From a virus (taxonomy: Duplodnaviria > Caudoviricetes), in the IMG/VR virus record IMGVR_UViG_3300037501_000255: a DNA stretch of 64,000 nt; one strand, written 5' to 3'. The position numbers and the translations under genes are program-made. Below, in pieces: positions 26,803-36,948 of the stretch; the first letter of the stretch is position 1, and every line of letters starts with the position of its first letter. The notes beneath the pieces were generated by a model that worked only from the letters and a program-made list of their open reading frames with translations, ran no database searches and was not told the DNA's origin.

Positions 26803-27053
26803 TTCCCCTCCGCTTTTAATTGCCGCATAAAAGCCTCTATGGCTCTACTATTAGTTGTTACTGTGTTGCACTTATATGTCAAAAGCATGTTTGTTATTTG
26901 CTGCCCTAGTTGATTATTTACATGGATAATTGGGCCTATGCTACAGCGATAGGTCTCTTCGGTTGCAAGGGCGCCATCCCTATTTCGTACCACGGTCATA
27001 CGCAGCAATTCACTTGCATCCATCAGCCTGATACTGTATTTTGCATCTGCCAT
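26799..27053 (-). CDS. Hypothetical protein
   Basis: 84 aa coupled ORF. Confidence 0.6.
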   Translation of the reverse strand: MADAKYSIRLMDASELLRMTVVRNRDGALATEETYRCSIGPIIHVNNQLGQQITNMLLTYKCNTVTTNSRAIEAFMRQLKAEGK

Positions 27054-27317
27054 TCACTTATCCCAATTAAAATCCCTGCTACACTCAAGTGCGGCAAGGC
27101 GCTCTTCGAGATCTTCCAGTTTTTGCGCCAACTCCTTGACTGAAATCTGAGCTCCATCAGGCATATTTAGCACAATATGGCAATTATCTCCGCTATAGGT
27201 AATGCCTGAATCTATAGTGAATTTATTATTAGTATAATATAGCGAAGAGTATCCGCACGGGAGCAGGGAGCCGCTCTGTGTGTCAATGCCTATAACTAAT
27301 TCTTTATCACTAATCAT
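27054..27317 (-). CDS. Mini-protein with coiled coil and acidic-aromatic tag
   Basis: KELAQKLEDLEERLAALE (tail-chaperone-like coil), ends RDFNWDK. Confidence 0.65.
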   Translation of the reverse strand: MISDKELVIGIDTQSGSLLPCGYSSLYYTNNKFTIDSGITYSGDNCHIVLNMPDGAQISVKELAQKLEDLEERLAALECSRDFNWDK

Positions 27318-27772
27318 TCCACTCTCCTGAAATATTTGATTGCCGAGGCCTTATCTATTACAGGTGATATTTTGAATAGGTGTATATCCATAACTGCGCC
27401 GAATTTCTTTCCAGAAGTAGTCTTTAAAATATCATCTGATTCCATATCATCCAACATACTTTTAAAGAAGTCCGGATGTACCACCTCGCCAACCTCGGCC
27501 TCTTCTGGATGGGTTAGGTAAACGAAACATGGTAACCGATAATTGATATAGTTCTCTCTTGTGGATGGCATCTTTAGCAACTCACCGAACTCTACCCGAT
27601 ATTCGCGATGATCTGGCAGTGCCTCAAGAGCCTGCATGACTTGGCGACGCAGATGCTTTTCGATATCCAGGTCAATTTTATTGGACATCTTCTTGATGCG
27701 AGCTACGGTAGCATGCGGGAGAGATATTTCGGCTAATTTGAAATACGTATCTGGTGTAATCTGCATTTTCAA
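27314..27772 (-). CDS. Hypothetical protein
   Basis: 152 aa coupled ORF. Confidence 0.7.
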   Translation of the reverse strand: MKMQITPDTYFKLAEISLPHATVARIKKMSNKIDLDIEKHLRRQVMQALEALPDHREYRVEFGELLKMPSTRENYINYRLPCFVYLTHPEEAEVGEVVHPDFFKSMLDDMESDDILKTTSGKKFGAVMDIHLFKISPVIDKASAIKYFRRVE

Positions 27773-28758
27773 ATCCTATCTGGACGGTCAGATAAGGTAA
27801 TAGATACTGTGTTTGGCACACTATCGGTGATCGCATTTGCGAATGCTTCCTCGCTATCGAACTGTAGAATTGAAATTGCAGTCTTCAATTTCCACACATT
27901 AGCTTGGCGTAGTACATCCATTTTATTGATCAGCAAGTCTGTAACTCCCATGCGTCTAACGATTTTGGATAAATGGTCGATGTCAAGGTAGTTGCATTGG
28001 CGGCGGCGGCCGGTTGTAGCACCATACTCATGCCCTAGGTCTCCCAATAGGTCAAGAGTCGGATCACTTTTATCCTGAAAAGACCGCGCACCCACATATG
28101 TATCATAAGCTTTGGCAACGCCAATAACCTTACGTATTGCAGTATGGGGGATGCCATTATTTATCAGCGCCCCAACTCCGCAATGAGATGAGGTAACATA
28201 TGGATACTCTTCACTATCGATATCCAGCCCCATCGCCTGGGCACCCTCGGCCAATACGACTGCTGAGGCATTTTGCTCTACCCATTCATTCATATCTACC
28301 AGGTATGGTTCAAGCACTGCGGATGTTTCCGCGCGACGGCCAATACGGGCATATTTGTCGCGATAACATGGTCCCACGCCTTTACGCGTAGTGCCTATCT
28401 TTGACTCGGTCTGCTCTTCTTGTCTGTGAGCGTCCGTAACTATGTGGGTATTCTTAGCTACTTTCACTAGGGCATGGATGTTGGGCTGGATTGATAGTAG
28501 CTCATCTAGCTCAGATATAAAGTCCGCCTCATGGACAACGCAGCCGGGCCCTATGACTGACGGAAGTCCGAAGATAGCCCCAGTTGGAACTATGTGCGTT
28601 ACAATCTTCCTGCCATTAACGTAGATTGTGTGCCCAGCATTGTGTGAGCCATTGAAACGCATTGTATGAGTATAGACGCCGGATTTGGCCAATTCGGCTG
28701 CCAGCTTGCCCTTTCCTTCATCGCCATACCTAATACCACCTAGAAAATCAACTATCAT
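27769..28758 (-). CDS. purA: Adenylosuccinate synthetase (short type)
   Basis: GDEGKGK, NAGHT, GTTRKGVGPCY, EGAQ, YPYVTSS, GATTGRRR, NKMD. Confidence 0.93.
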   Translation of the reverse strand: MIVDFLGGIRYGDEGKGKLAAELAKSGVYTHTMRFNGSHNAGHTIYVNGRKIVTHIVPTGAIFGLPSVIGPGCVVHEADFISELDELLSIQPNIHALVKVAKNTHIVTDAHRQEEQTESKIGTTRKGVGPCYRDKYARIGRRAETSAVLEPYLVDMNEWVEQNASAVVLAEGAQAMGLDIDSEEYPYVTSSHCGVGALINNGIPHTAIRKVIGVAKAYDTYVGARSFQDKSDPTLDLLGDLGHEYGATTGRRRQCNYLDIDHLSKIVRRMGVTDLLINKMDVLRQANVWKLKTAISILQFDSEEAFANAITDSVPNTVSITLSDRPDRI

Positions 28759-28952
28759 ACATTCACCTGTTCTGAGGGTAGAGCTTCGCAAAACTTGATC
28801 ATTTGTGCTGTTCGACCTGCCGCACGTTCCTTCAACATGCGATTGATAGCGTGGCCTTCCTTCATATAGACCCAGAACGTTTTTTCTTCCGGTAAGGACA
28901 CGACGAATAGATTCTCCGGTTTGATGCCGGAGTGCTTCATTTGATTTGCCAT
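28755..28952 (-). CDS. Hypothetical protein
   Basis: 65 aa ORF. Confidence 0.55.
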   Translation of the reverse strand: MANQMKHSGIKPENLFVVSLPEEKTFWVYMKEGHAINRMLKERAAGRTAQMIKFCEALPSEQVNV

Positions 28953-28965
28953 ATATATTTATTTC

Positions 28966-29370
28966 CTACGGTTTGGGCAATACCTTTTCAAAGGCCCATG
29001 TTAGTATCTCTGATAGGGCGGCGTCGGTCGCCTGTAAGATGCGAGAAAGTACAGATCTGTGGTGATGCCGTGGATCTGCCCACAATTCCACGATGCGAGC
29101 TTGCCAGTCTGGGTAGGTTGAGAGTACTGCAGCCAACATCCGCAACTCACACGACTGCGGCGTGTACATCTTCAGATCATCAATATAATATGTTCTGTTT
29201 AGCAGCGGACGGGCGTAGCTGTTTCGACCATGGTAATAATTGGCTGCAATATAGTCAGTGTTCCATGTGCTATTAGAACTTCCGGATATCGAGTAGAATA
29301 TAATATCCTGCGTGGTCGTTGTATTTGTAGATGTTCCAGATGAAGTGGTGTATGTATAACCGGCTGCCAT
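28966..29370 (-). CDS. Hypothetical protein, Thr/Ser-rich N-terminus
   Basis: 134 aa ORF. Confidence 0.6.
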   Translation of the reverse strand: MAAGYTYTTSSGTSTNTTTTQDIIFYSISGSSNSTWNTDYIAANYYHGRNSYARPLLNRTYYIDDLKMYTPQSCELRMLAAVLSTYPDWQARIVELWADPRHHHRSVLSRILQATDAALSEILTWAFEKVLPKP

Positions 29371-29515
29371 AGTACCTTTTTGTGTATAATCCGCCTGTAA
29401 GTATTTGATTTTATTGATCTTTATATTCTAAACATCCAGTCGGGATCTGTGCAAAAATGACAAAAAGTGCTCTGTACAATATAGATCTGTCTGAATTACA
29501 AAAATATCTTTAAAA

Positions 29516-29923
29516 TCACAATCTTAGCGTGCTATTTTCAGTCTCAGACGAGACTGATGGGCTTTCGTGTACAAAATCAACTATCCCTTCTGGCTCAGCT
29601 AGAAGTACCCACTTACTTCCATCATTTGCGAACTTTAAGATGAAGAATGTGTGGCGTACATCGCCATTGGGTAGCGGTAAGGTGGCTTCAACTAGCGCTA
29701 TTCCAAGCATTTCGTCGGGTTCGGCAAGAGCCCCGCAGTACTCTACGGCAATCTTGCCTTCGCCAGATTGATCCATTTGCGATTGTACAAGTTGTGCAGA
29801 TTGCTCGGATAACGTACAGGTAGGATGTCTAAATTCTTGATTTTCTTGATTTTTCTGTGCTTGGGCAGCAGTAGAGCAGCCGCACATCAGTGCTAGCAGC
29901 ATACTTATAATTGTTTTGCGCAT
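29516..29923 (-). CDS. Lipoprotein
   Basis: MRK..hydrophobic..LMCGC lipobox. Confidence 0.7.
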   Translation of the reverse strand: MRKTIISMLLALMCGCSTAAQAQKNQENQEFRHPTCTLSEQSAQLVQSQMDQSGEGKIAVEYCGALAEPDEMLGIALVEATLPLPNGDVRHTFFILKFANDGSKWVLLAEPEGIVDFVHESPSVSSETENSTLRL

Positions 29924-30210
29924 CTCAGCTCCTCTATGTGAACACGCAGCCCTTCGGGACCATTATCGCGTAAAATCCTAAGAATGTGATCTATAAAATC
30001 ATATGATTGAATATCCACATCTTCAGCGAAATCTTCCGCACTAAGCTCGGCAATTCTTTTACCATCCATCCGAACTACCCAGTGCGATTTCTTCTTGTCC
30101 CAGGTTAGGTTATAGCATGGCGAGCTGTAATGGTGATAGTCAGTATCATCATGCTCTGTGCGTCCCAGTAAAAATTCACGCAGCTCTTCGGGTAACTTTT
30201 CTGTACTCAT
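29905..30210 (-). CDS. Hypothetical protein
   Basis: 101 aa ORF. Confidence 0.65.
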   Translation of the reverse strand: MSTEKLPEELREFLLGRTEHDDTDYHHYSSPCYNLTWDKKKSHWVVRMDGKRIAELSAEDFAEDVDIQSYDFIDHILRILRDNGPEGLRVHIEELRCAKQL

Positions 30211-30527
30211 GCGGTCCCCGTACCTTCGGATAGGCGCACACGAATCTCCTCTTCTTTTTGAATAATGAGCTCAGTCTTCGGATCGAGCTTTAGCTTCATA
30301 CCCAGGTAGCTATTTATGTAAACGATATCGCCGGCCTTAAGGGTCATTGGAACTGACCTCTTGCCCTCTACGTCGAACTTGCCATCACCCACTGCAAGAA
30401 CCCTGGCCTTGGTCAGAACCTGTTGCTGAGCGGTAATTGGGATGGTTATTCCACCGCGATCGGTCTCTTTTATTGGTTCAAGTACTACATTATCATATAG
30501 GGGCTTGAGATTACTTACGTCTACCAT
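30207..30527 (-). CDS. groES: Co-chaperonin GroES
   Basis: LKPLYDNVVLE, GGITIP, VLAVGDGK, LKAGDIV. Confidence 0.9.
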   Translation of the reverse strand: MVDVSNLKPLYDNVVLEPIKETDRGGITIPITAQQQVLTKARVLAVGDGKFDVEGKRSVPMTLKAGDIVYINSYLGMKLKLDPKTELIIQKEEEIRVRLSEGTGTA

Positions 30528-31731
30528 TTGCTTTTCTCCTTGAAATATTCTTCATAACATGCCTGGCAGCAACTATACCGCTGCAGCCTGCCTGAGCGAA
30601 GGAATTTGTGTGACCACTCATGTCACCGACAATATACAGCCCGTCTATGCTGCTTTCCATATCCTTGGACAGCTGAAATTTAACAGTGTTTAGCCTTGCT
30701 TCCGGAGCGTATACGACCGTACACTTTCTGGCAGATGGAAGGAGCCTAAACAGCTCTTCTAGACCATCCTTCAGCGAGGCGTACTCAGGAATTGGCGATA
30801 GCACACTTGTATCCGACAGCCACTTGGACACAGGCTCTCGCAAAAGCTGTTCATCCGCCAGTACGTTGGCCATTTTCACTAACCGTAGTACATCTTTGAG
30901 AGGAGTTGCGCTCTTAAAAGTCTTCAATAGACATAAGCTCGCACTGTGTGTTGGTTTCCCAGATACTACACGCACATTTGAAGTTTTAAAGTCATCAACA
31001 TTCTCCATTTCTATCGTGCCACTACACGAAATAACACTAGTGCGATAATTGCCAAAAGAAACCCTAAAATTAGATGAGGAGAAATCAGATAATACTCTCT
31101 CCGGAAACTCCAGGCGTATACCCAGCTCATAGCTGTCAGCCGCTTGGTCAATTTTTAAACTTTGAAGGGCGCCCGAAGCCCAATTGGCTCCACCGCGCCC
31201 CAATGCCAAAATGCACTTCTTTGCAACAAAAACGTGATCATCTGCTGTGTATAGATGAAATTCTCCGCGAATTTTATCTATCTTCTCTACTCTACAATTT
31301 GTTTTAATATCTATCTTTGCTTGTAGGTGCTTTTGTACGGAATTTTCAATCTGAATCATCTTATCTGCTGATATAATGTATGTGTTAGGCTCAAATATAT
31401 TAAATCCCCCATCTGTCATAGCCTTTAATTCACGCTTGCCTAAACGCTGTATAATCATACGCGGATTTCCGGTCATATGCTCCTTCAAATGTGTTATAAA
31501 AGAGCGGAATAATTTAGCGGTCAATATATGACCGCCGAACCCTACATCATCAAAAATACGCACATCAGATTTGGCAGATCCGCCAAACCAACCGTTACTG
31601 ACATTGCGACTATCATGCAGCCTCTTGACCTGCTCAATTAATAGCACCGACAGATTTGTTTTTTTGGCCAGTTCCATGGCTGCTAAAAGACCGGCTGTGC
31701 CGGCCCCAACAATAACTACATCATATACCAT
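30511..31731 (-). CDS. FAD-dependent oxidoreductase
   Basis: YDVVIVGAGTAG, ILALGRGG, ELGIRLE, GLYIVGDMSG. Confidence 0.85.
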   Translation of the reverse strand: MVYDVVIVGAGTAGLLAAMELAKKTNLSVLLIEQVKRLHDSRNVSNGWFGGSAKSDVRIFDDVGFGGHILTAKLFRSFITHLKEHMTGNPRMIIQRLGKRELKAMTDGGFNIFEPNTYIISADKMIQIENSVQKHLQAKIDIKTNCRVEKIDKIRGEFHLYTADDHVFVAKKCILALGRGGANWASGALQSLKIDQAADSYELGIRLEFPERVLSDFSSSNFRVSFGNYRTSVISCSGTIEMENVDDFKTSNVRVVSGKPTHSASLCLLKTFKSATPLKDVLRLVKMANVLADEQLLREPVSKWLSDTSVLSPIPEYASLKDGLEELFRLLPSARKCTVVYAPEARLNTVKFQLSKDMESSIDGLYIVGDMSGHTNSFAQAGCSGIVAARHVMKNISRRKANGRRK

Positions 31732-31943
31732 TACTGCCCCTTGGAATCAATCTGCAGCCACTCATTTAATATCTGCATCATAAGAGCTGCGTCGCCTGGT
31801 TCAAGTACGGCGCTCATGATTGTTACGGCTTTATTTTCACGCAAACCGCGCATGGACATCTGCAGCTTCGTGCCCTCGCCGGTTATACGATCGCTAAATT
31901 CAATATAACTACTTTCATCTAAGTGTATTGCTTTAAGAAACAT
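31731..31943 (-). CDS. Hypothetical protein
   Basis: 70 aa coupled ORF. Confidence 0.6.
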   Translation of the reverse strand: MFLKAIHLDESSYIEFSDRITGEGTKLQMSMRGLRENKAVTIMSAVLEPGDAALMMQILNEWLQIDSKGQ

Positions 31944-32687
31944 TCAGACCACGTTCCTATTACACGTATAGGTTGGACGTGCGCCGGACGCTGCCCTTAC
32001 CTTATCAGCATATTCTGCTGCTTCACGCGGAAGTTGACCCCCTGAACGCAATATTTTACGATAGGCGGACTCACCTAAATTATACATCGTCAGCGCAACT
32101 TTTTCCACGTCTGAGTCTGGACGATACTTCAATACATCCGAGGCAGCACGCATCATTGCATTTAGGTGAGCCGCTGCACCCCAGATGGAAGATACCGGGT
32201 CGAACGGGTCTGTAACTCCATACATGCGCTGTATGTGGGGCATTAGCTGCATTAGGCCTTGGGCTCCGGCTCCCGACTGAGCGCACACATCACCTCCGGA
32301 CTCGACCATTGCCATGCCGCGTAAAATAGCCTCGGGCACACCGTGCGCGCTTGCAGCTGCGCTGAAAGCTTCGTCGATCTGCTGTTGGAGACCATGCGCC
32401 GTGGTTGCACGCGGTGCTTCACGACGCCGGCGAATTTCGGACAGGGTATCTCCGCTAGGTATAATAACGGATTGCCCAATTTGTAGTCGGGCTGGATCTA
32501 TACCAGGATTTGCATCCATCAACTCGTGCACCATCAATTTATCGCGCACCGCTGAAGGGTGTTTTTTTACTATCTTATCGAAAGTGTCTTCTTTTTGTAT
32601 AGAATATACTTCAGCTTTTTTTAATAAAGCATTGAAGATGGTAGCCAGTTCGTCAGCCATTAATTTCTCCCAAGATATATCATCCAC
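31944..32687 (-). CDS. LysM + soluble lytic transglycosylase (SLT)
   Basis: LMDANPGIDPARLQIGQSVIIP (LysM); MVESGG, GAQGLMQLMP, MYNLG. Confidence 0.92.
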   Translation of the reverse strand: MDDISWEKLMADELATIFNALLKKAEVYSIQKEDTFDKIVKKHPSAVRDKLMVHELMDANPGIDPARLQIGQSVIIPSGDTLSEIRRRREAPRATTAHGLQQQIDEAFSAAASAHGVPEAILRGMAMVESGGDVCAQSGAGAQGLMQLMPHIQRMYGVTDPFDPVSSIWGAAAHLNAMMRAASDVLKYRPDSDVEKVALTMYNLGESAYRKILRSGGQLPREAAEYADKVRAASGARPTYTCNRNVV

Positions 32688-33163
32688 TCTTTCGGAATAT
32701 CTACGATATTTAGTACGATACCGCGAATAGGTGCGCCGGGCGGACGCACCAACCTCATCTGTGCCTCTTCAGGAGTCCGATCCCCCTTATACTGGTTACA
32801 CTCTCGGCATGCGGCAACACAATTCGTGTACGAGGTTGGTCCACCGCGTGATTTGGGGAGTACGTGATCGATTGTTAGCTCAGATTTTTTATCTGCCCCG
32901 CAATATACGCACTGAAAGCGGTCCCTAATGAAAACCTGCCTGCGGTAAAATTTAACCTTTATGTTGTAAGGGTTGCCTGGAAATACTCTATGTGTAAGTC
33001 TTACCACCGAAGCATCATATTCGGTCTCGGCATCATCGTAAAAGCAAAGAATTTCCGCTCTGCCACGACCATATACGAGTTGCATCGCTCGTTTCCAGGA
33101 GATTACCCTTACAGGAATATAGTTTCTATCTAATAGAAGAGCTATTCTTCTCTTGCACCTCAT
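32660..33163 (-). CDS. HNH endonuclease
   Basis: RDRFQCVYCG, TIDHVLPKSRGG, NCVAACRECNQYKG. Confidence 0.93.
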   Translation of the reverse strand: MRCKRRIALLLDRNYIPVRVISWKRAMQLVYGRGRAEILCFYDDAETEYDASVVRLTHRVFPGNPYNIKVKFYRRQVFIRDRFQCVYCGADKKSELTIDHVLPKSRGGPTSYTNCVAACRECNQYKGDRTPEEAQMRLVRPPGAPIRGIVLNIVDIPKEWMIYLGRN

Positions 33164-33166
33164 ATC

Positions 33167-33883
33167 TTAACCTATACGATTAATTTCAAATACTGGACTA
33201 CAATCAACCTTGTCCTTTCTTACATTCGAATGAAATAAATATGTGGCGCTCGGTATCTTTTGGAAATAGTCAAATGCTTTTTCTTCATTTATTTTAGATA
33301 ATGGGATGCCATGCTTATTACACAACTCTTTAGTAAGATAGTTTATCGATTCATACTGAGCGTCCGTTAGTGTAGCGTAGTACGAATATCCCCTATATGA
33401 CAATTGCTTATAAAATTCAGTATCAGATTTACTACAGTATGGTTTGCCATACGAATCAATAAGCACATCTGGATCTGCAGATGACTCAGATAGCGGCCCT
33501 ATGCAAGATGCCTCTATAGCTATCGAGCGTGGTGACCATATCGAATTCGGCGCAGATGTGTTGCTGCCAAGGTGATACGACCAGCATGACGATGGAAATA
33601 GCTGATATATCGTACCGTCACGTGCCACGACAAAAGCCGTGCTAACATGAACGCCTGGCTGCGATAAGGTGCCGATATCTCCTGGCAACACACCGTGAGT
33701 TAGGTGCTGAAAAATCTTAGTTTTTTTTACATTTTCTCCGTAGAAGAAGTTTGAGCTATCATTTGTTTTCAAACGAATCACGTTATGAAATTCACCTTCC
33801 GATGCCACCCAGCGTTTACCATATGAATCAACAAGTGTAGACTTAAACTTTTTTTCTATATCTGCGAGTTTATATGCGCGCAT
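33167..33883 (-). CDS. N-acetylmuramoyl-L-alanine amidase (Amidase_2-like)
   Basis: FQHLTHG, STAFVVARDGTIYQL, WSYHLG, SIAIE, HSNVRKDKVD; start MRAYKL after GGAGG. Confidence 0.8.
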   Translation of the reverse strand: MRAYKLADIEKKFKSTLVDSYGKRWVASEGEFHNVIRLKTNDSSNFFYGENVKKTKIFQHLTHGVLPGDIGTLSQPGVHVSTAFVVARDGTIYQLFPSSCWSYHLGSNTSAPNSIWSPRSIAIEASCIGPLSESSADPDVLIDSYGKPYCSKSDTEFYKQLSYRGYSYYATLTDAQYESINYLTKELCNKHGIPLSKINEEKAFDYFQKIPSATYLFHSNVRKDKVDCSPVFEINRIG

Positions 33884-33962
33884 GCGTACCTCCATATCAT
33901 ATTCTGGTGATATATATCTGAATATATTAGTAACTACGTACGGATTTTTTATTGGAGATGTC

Positions 33963-34994
33963 ATGAATAATCTTAATCACTCTTTTTTTTCCAACTCAAC
34001 AAGCGAGTCGTACTACTTTGCAGGTTACTTGCTGGCTGATGGAAGTGTTGGCCAGACAGGGGTAACGTGGACTTGTCATATTCAAGATGTGTGTGCACAC
34101 GAGGCTTTCGTGTCGTCCATTGGCCTCACGCCTGAGCGTATAAAAATTACAAATTATATTCTATCGGATGGAATAACTGTAAACCAGAAATCAACCGTAT
34201 ATGTGCCATCGAGAAAAATAGTTTATGATCTGAAAAAGTTCGGTATTATTCCAAATAAAACATATAATCATATTGACCCTATAATTGATGATAGATTTTT
34301 CCCCGCATTCCTCACCGGATTTATTGATGGTGACGGCTGTATTGTTAAACGTGGCAAATCCCATATTACAAGAATTAGTAAAGTAAATCTAACTGGTAAC
34401 AGACTGCTCATGCGCTGGTTCTCATCAAAAATAAACGAGCTATATAATATAAGTGGAACCATAGTAGATAGGGGTGTGTGGGCACATCTCATCTATTATG
34501 GAAAGAGTAGAGACATAATACTCAAAGAGTGCCTGAATAACTATAGTGGATTCAGGCTTGAACGTAAGTGGGGTCCGGCGCGCGCGCATCTTGCCAACTG
34601 GAATAGGACAGGATACCCATCAGACCTGGAGGACTTTATAGTATCTTCATATCTTGGAGGTAGCAGTATACCTGAAATTTTAAGGAAATACACTGGTAGT
34701 ATACCGATAGGTGAAAAGGGTATTAGAAGAACATTGAAAAAACACAATGTTGTTATTAGAGGACTTTCTGAGGCGTTTCGACTATCGCGACGCGTAGATC
34801 CGCAGGATCCAACTGTCGGAAGCGTTGTTGACTTATACCTGCGCGGCTTTGGATGCCTATCTATACAGAAGTTATTGGGCGTCGATCAGAAAAGGGTCAA
34901 GCGCATACTTACTCAACTGGGAATTCCTCTCCGTACACGCTCAGAGGCTAAGAAGGCCGCGCTGCGCGCAACTACTGCCGCCTGCGATATGTAA
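33963..34994 (+). mobile_element. Free-standing two-motif LAGLIDADG homing endonuclease with HTH tail, antisense to its neighbours
   Basis: YFAGYLLADGS and FLTGFIDGDG; GGAG RBS before ATG 33963. Confidence 0.88.
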
Positions 34995-35475
34995 AGAACT
35001 GCATTGGAAATTGGTCTTTTTCACCCTTAATCACTTCAGGGTTTAACTCATCACACTTCCACATACTCCAGTTTACTTCTGGAAACACAGTATCTCCATC
35101 TACATCGGCCAATATGCGTGTTAGGTACATTCTGTCTGCAATGCCTAGAAAGTATTGATAAATCTTAGAGCCACCTATAATAAATGCATCCTTATCACGT
35201 ATCAAGCCGGTCATGAGTTCCGGTATTGCCTCACCCGGTGACGATACCCACTCAACACTAGAGTTATCCTCCTCTTGAAGTTTGCTGCTTATAACTATAT
35301 TTCTACGATTTGGTAGTGGTTGGCCAATAGATTCGTACGTCTTTCTGCCCATTACAACGATACTATTATATGTAAGCTTAGAGAAGTGCTTCAGGTCGGT
35401 CGGACATCTCCATGGTATTTTACCATTAGCGCCAATTATACCATTATTTGCTACTGCTGCTATTATATTTATCAT
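34972..35475 (-). CDS. folA: Dihydrofolate reductase
   Basis: IAAVANNGIIG..IPW, DLKHF, MGRKTYESIG.PLPNRRNIV, IIGGSKIY. Confidence 0.96.
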   Translation of the reverse strand: MINIIAAVANNGIIGANGKIPWRCPTDLKHFSKLTYNSIVVMGRKTYESIGQPLPNRRNIVISSKLQEEDNSSVEWVSSPGEAIPELMTGLIRDKDAFIIGGSKIYQYFLGIADRMYLTRILADVDGDTVFPEVNWSMWKCDELNPEVIKGEKDQFPMQFFTYRRRQ

Positions 35476-36284
35476 ACTGCTATCGGAGCCTCAATCTTGG
35501 CGTGACTTTGGTAGTCTATCACGCGCATATGCTCATATTTGAAATCATCTATTTTCGTGATTTCTTTGTTTAACTCAAGACGTGGAAACTGATATGGCTC
35601 ACGGGACAGCTGCTCCGCAACCTGTTCGATATGGTTTTCATAAATATGGGCATCGTGAATTGTGTGGTACAGCATACCAGGTTCAATGCCTACCACTTGC
35701 GCAATCATTCGTGTCAACAGCGCATATGATGCGATATTGAATGGGATTCCCAGGAAGGCGTCTCCGCTCCGTTGTACCATATGGCAGTTAAGCTTGTTCT
35801 TGAACACTGTAAATTGAAATGCAAAGTGGCATGGCGGGAGATGCATGTGTTCGACCTCGCCCGCGTTCCATGCCGACACAAGATGTCTTCGGCTGTATGG
35901 AGAATTCTTCAGGCTTTCAATGACTTCGGCAATCTGGTCGATTTTTCGACCTTCCAAATTCATCCATGTACGCCACTGCACTCCGTACACTGGCCCCAAG
36001 TCGCCATTCTGATCGGCCCATTCGTCCCATATGTGTACATTGTGGTCATTGAGATATTTAATGTTGCTATCGCCTTTTAGCATCCACAGCAATTCATAAG
36101 CCACGCCTTTAAAGAATACCCTCTTGGTAGTTAGAAGTGGAAATCGATCACTGATGTCGAATTCTAAAACCGCGTGAGGAATCATTCGTGTTCCCACGCC
36201 AGTCCTATCTATGCGGGCCTCGCCCTCGTCTATGATATACTTCAATAACTCTAAGTAGCCACGTTCTTCCTTACCTACAAACAT
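35472..36284 (-). CDS. thyA: Thymidylate synthase
   Basis: DRTGVGT, LLTTKR, IWDEWA, YGVQWR, LPPCH, QRSGDAFLGIPFN. Confidence 0.97.
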   Translation of the reverse strand: MFVGKEERGYLELLKYIIDEGEARIDRTGVGTRMIPHAVLEFDISDRFPLLTTKRVFFKGVAYELLWMLKGDSNIKYLNDHNVHIWDEWADQNGDLGPVYGVQWRTWMNLEGRKIDQIAEVIESLKNSPYSRRHLVSAWNAGEVEHMHLPPCHFAFQFTVFKNKLNCHMVQRSGDAFLGIPFNIASYALLTRMIAQVVGIEPGMLYHTIHDAHIYENHIEQVAEQLSREPYQFPRLELNKEITKIDDFKYEHMRVIDYQSHAKIEAPIAV

Positions 36285-36291
36285 TGTAACC

Positions 36292-36948
36292 TCATTCGCA
36301 TTCCAAGTGCTGAACCACTCTGTTTAGTACAAATGCTGCAATCTCGCTCTCTGTGTGCCCAGAAGTATCAGGTACATATACTATATCTTTTGGTGCTATG
36401 TGCAGCATCTTGGTCAATGTTGAAATCTGCTCTACTCCGAATAGTGTGTGTGTTCTAGCATGGAAGCTCTCGTCAAAACATTCTATTCTATCCAAGGCTC
36501 CCCGGGAACGCATTTGCGCAAGCGACCACTCTACGTCTGAGTTGAAAATCAAACACATCTCAGGTCTGATTTGCTGGGCAAAGTCTAGCATGCCGCATAG
36601 GTCGGTATCCATCCCTGAAACATAATCTCGCTCGCGTGCGGTGTGATAGACGTACGTGCTTAGTGATGAGCGATCTGAAATCACAACCTTGTCCTTGGCG
36701 AGCGCCTCGGCGACTTTTTCCATATGCTGCGCACGATCGGCAAGGAAGAGGAGGAGAGCTGCTCGATCTGCTATGATATTATTTGGATCAAGTAGTAACT
36801 TCCTAATTGATGTGCAAATTGCATCATGCGGAGAGCCGGGCTCTTTAGTGAGGAATACATCATATCCTCGTTCCGAGAGGGCATTTGCGAGTATACGTGC
36901 ATGCGTACTTTTGCCGGTAGCCTCCGGCCCTTCAATAGTTATATACAT
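36292..36948 (-). CDS. tmk: Thymidylate kinase
   Basis: TIEGPEATGKST, KEPG, FLADRAQH, ISDR. Confidence 0.9.
   Translation of the reverse strand: MYITIEGPEATGKSTHARILANALSERGYDVFLTKEPGSPHDAICTSIRKLLLDPNNIIADRAALLLFLADRAQHMEKVAEALAKDKVVISDRSSLSTYVYHTARERDYVSGMDTDLCGMLDFAQQIRPEMCLIFNSDVEWSLAQMRSRGALDRIECFDESFHARTHTLFGVEQISTLTKMLHIAPKDIVYVPDTSGHTESEIAAFVLNRVVQHLECE

Noticed and set aside
27769-28758. PurZ (2-aminoadenine genome)
   Set aside because: It keeps the catalytic Asp (GDEGKG, not GSxxKG) and NKMD, so it reads as PurA.
33882-33965. Head-to-head overlapping ATGs (TCATGA) of the amidase and LAGLIDADG genes
   Set aside because: The amidase has a better start at 33883 with a GGAGG RBS, so the overlap is an ORF-caller artefact.
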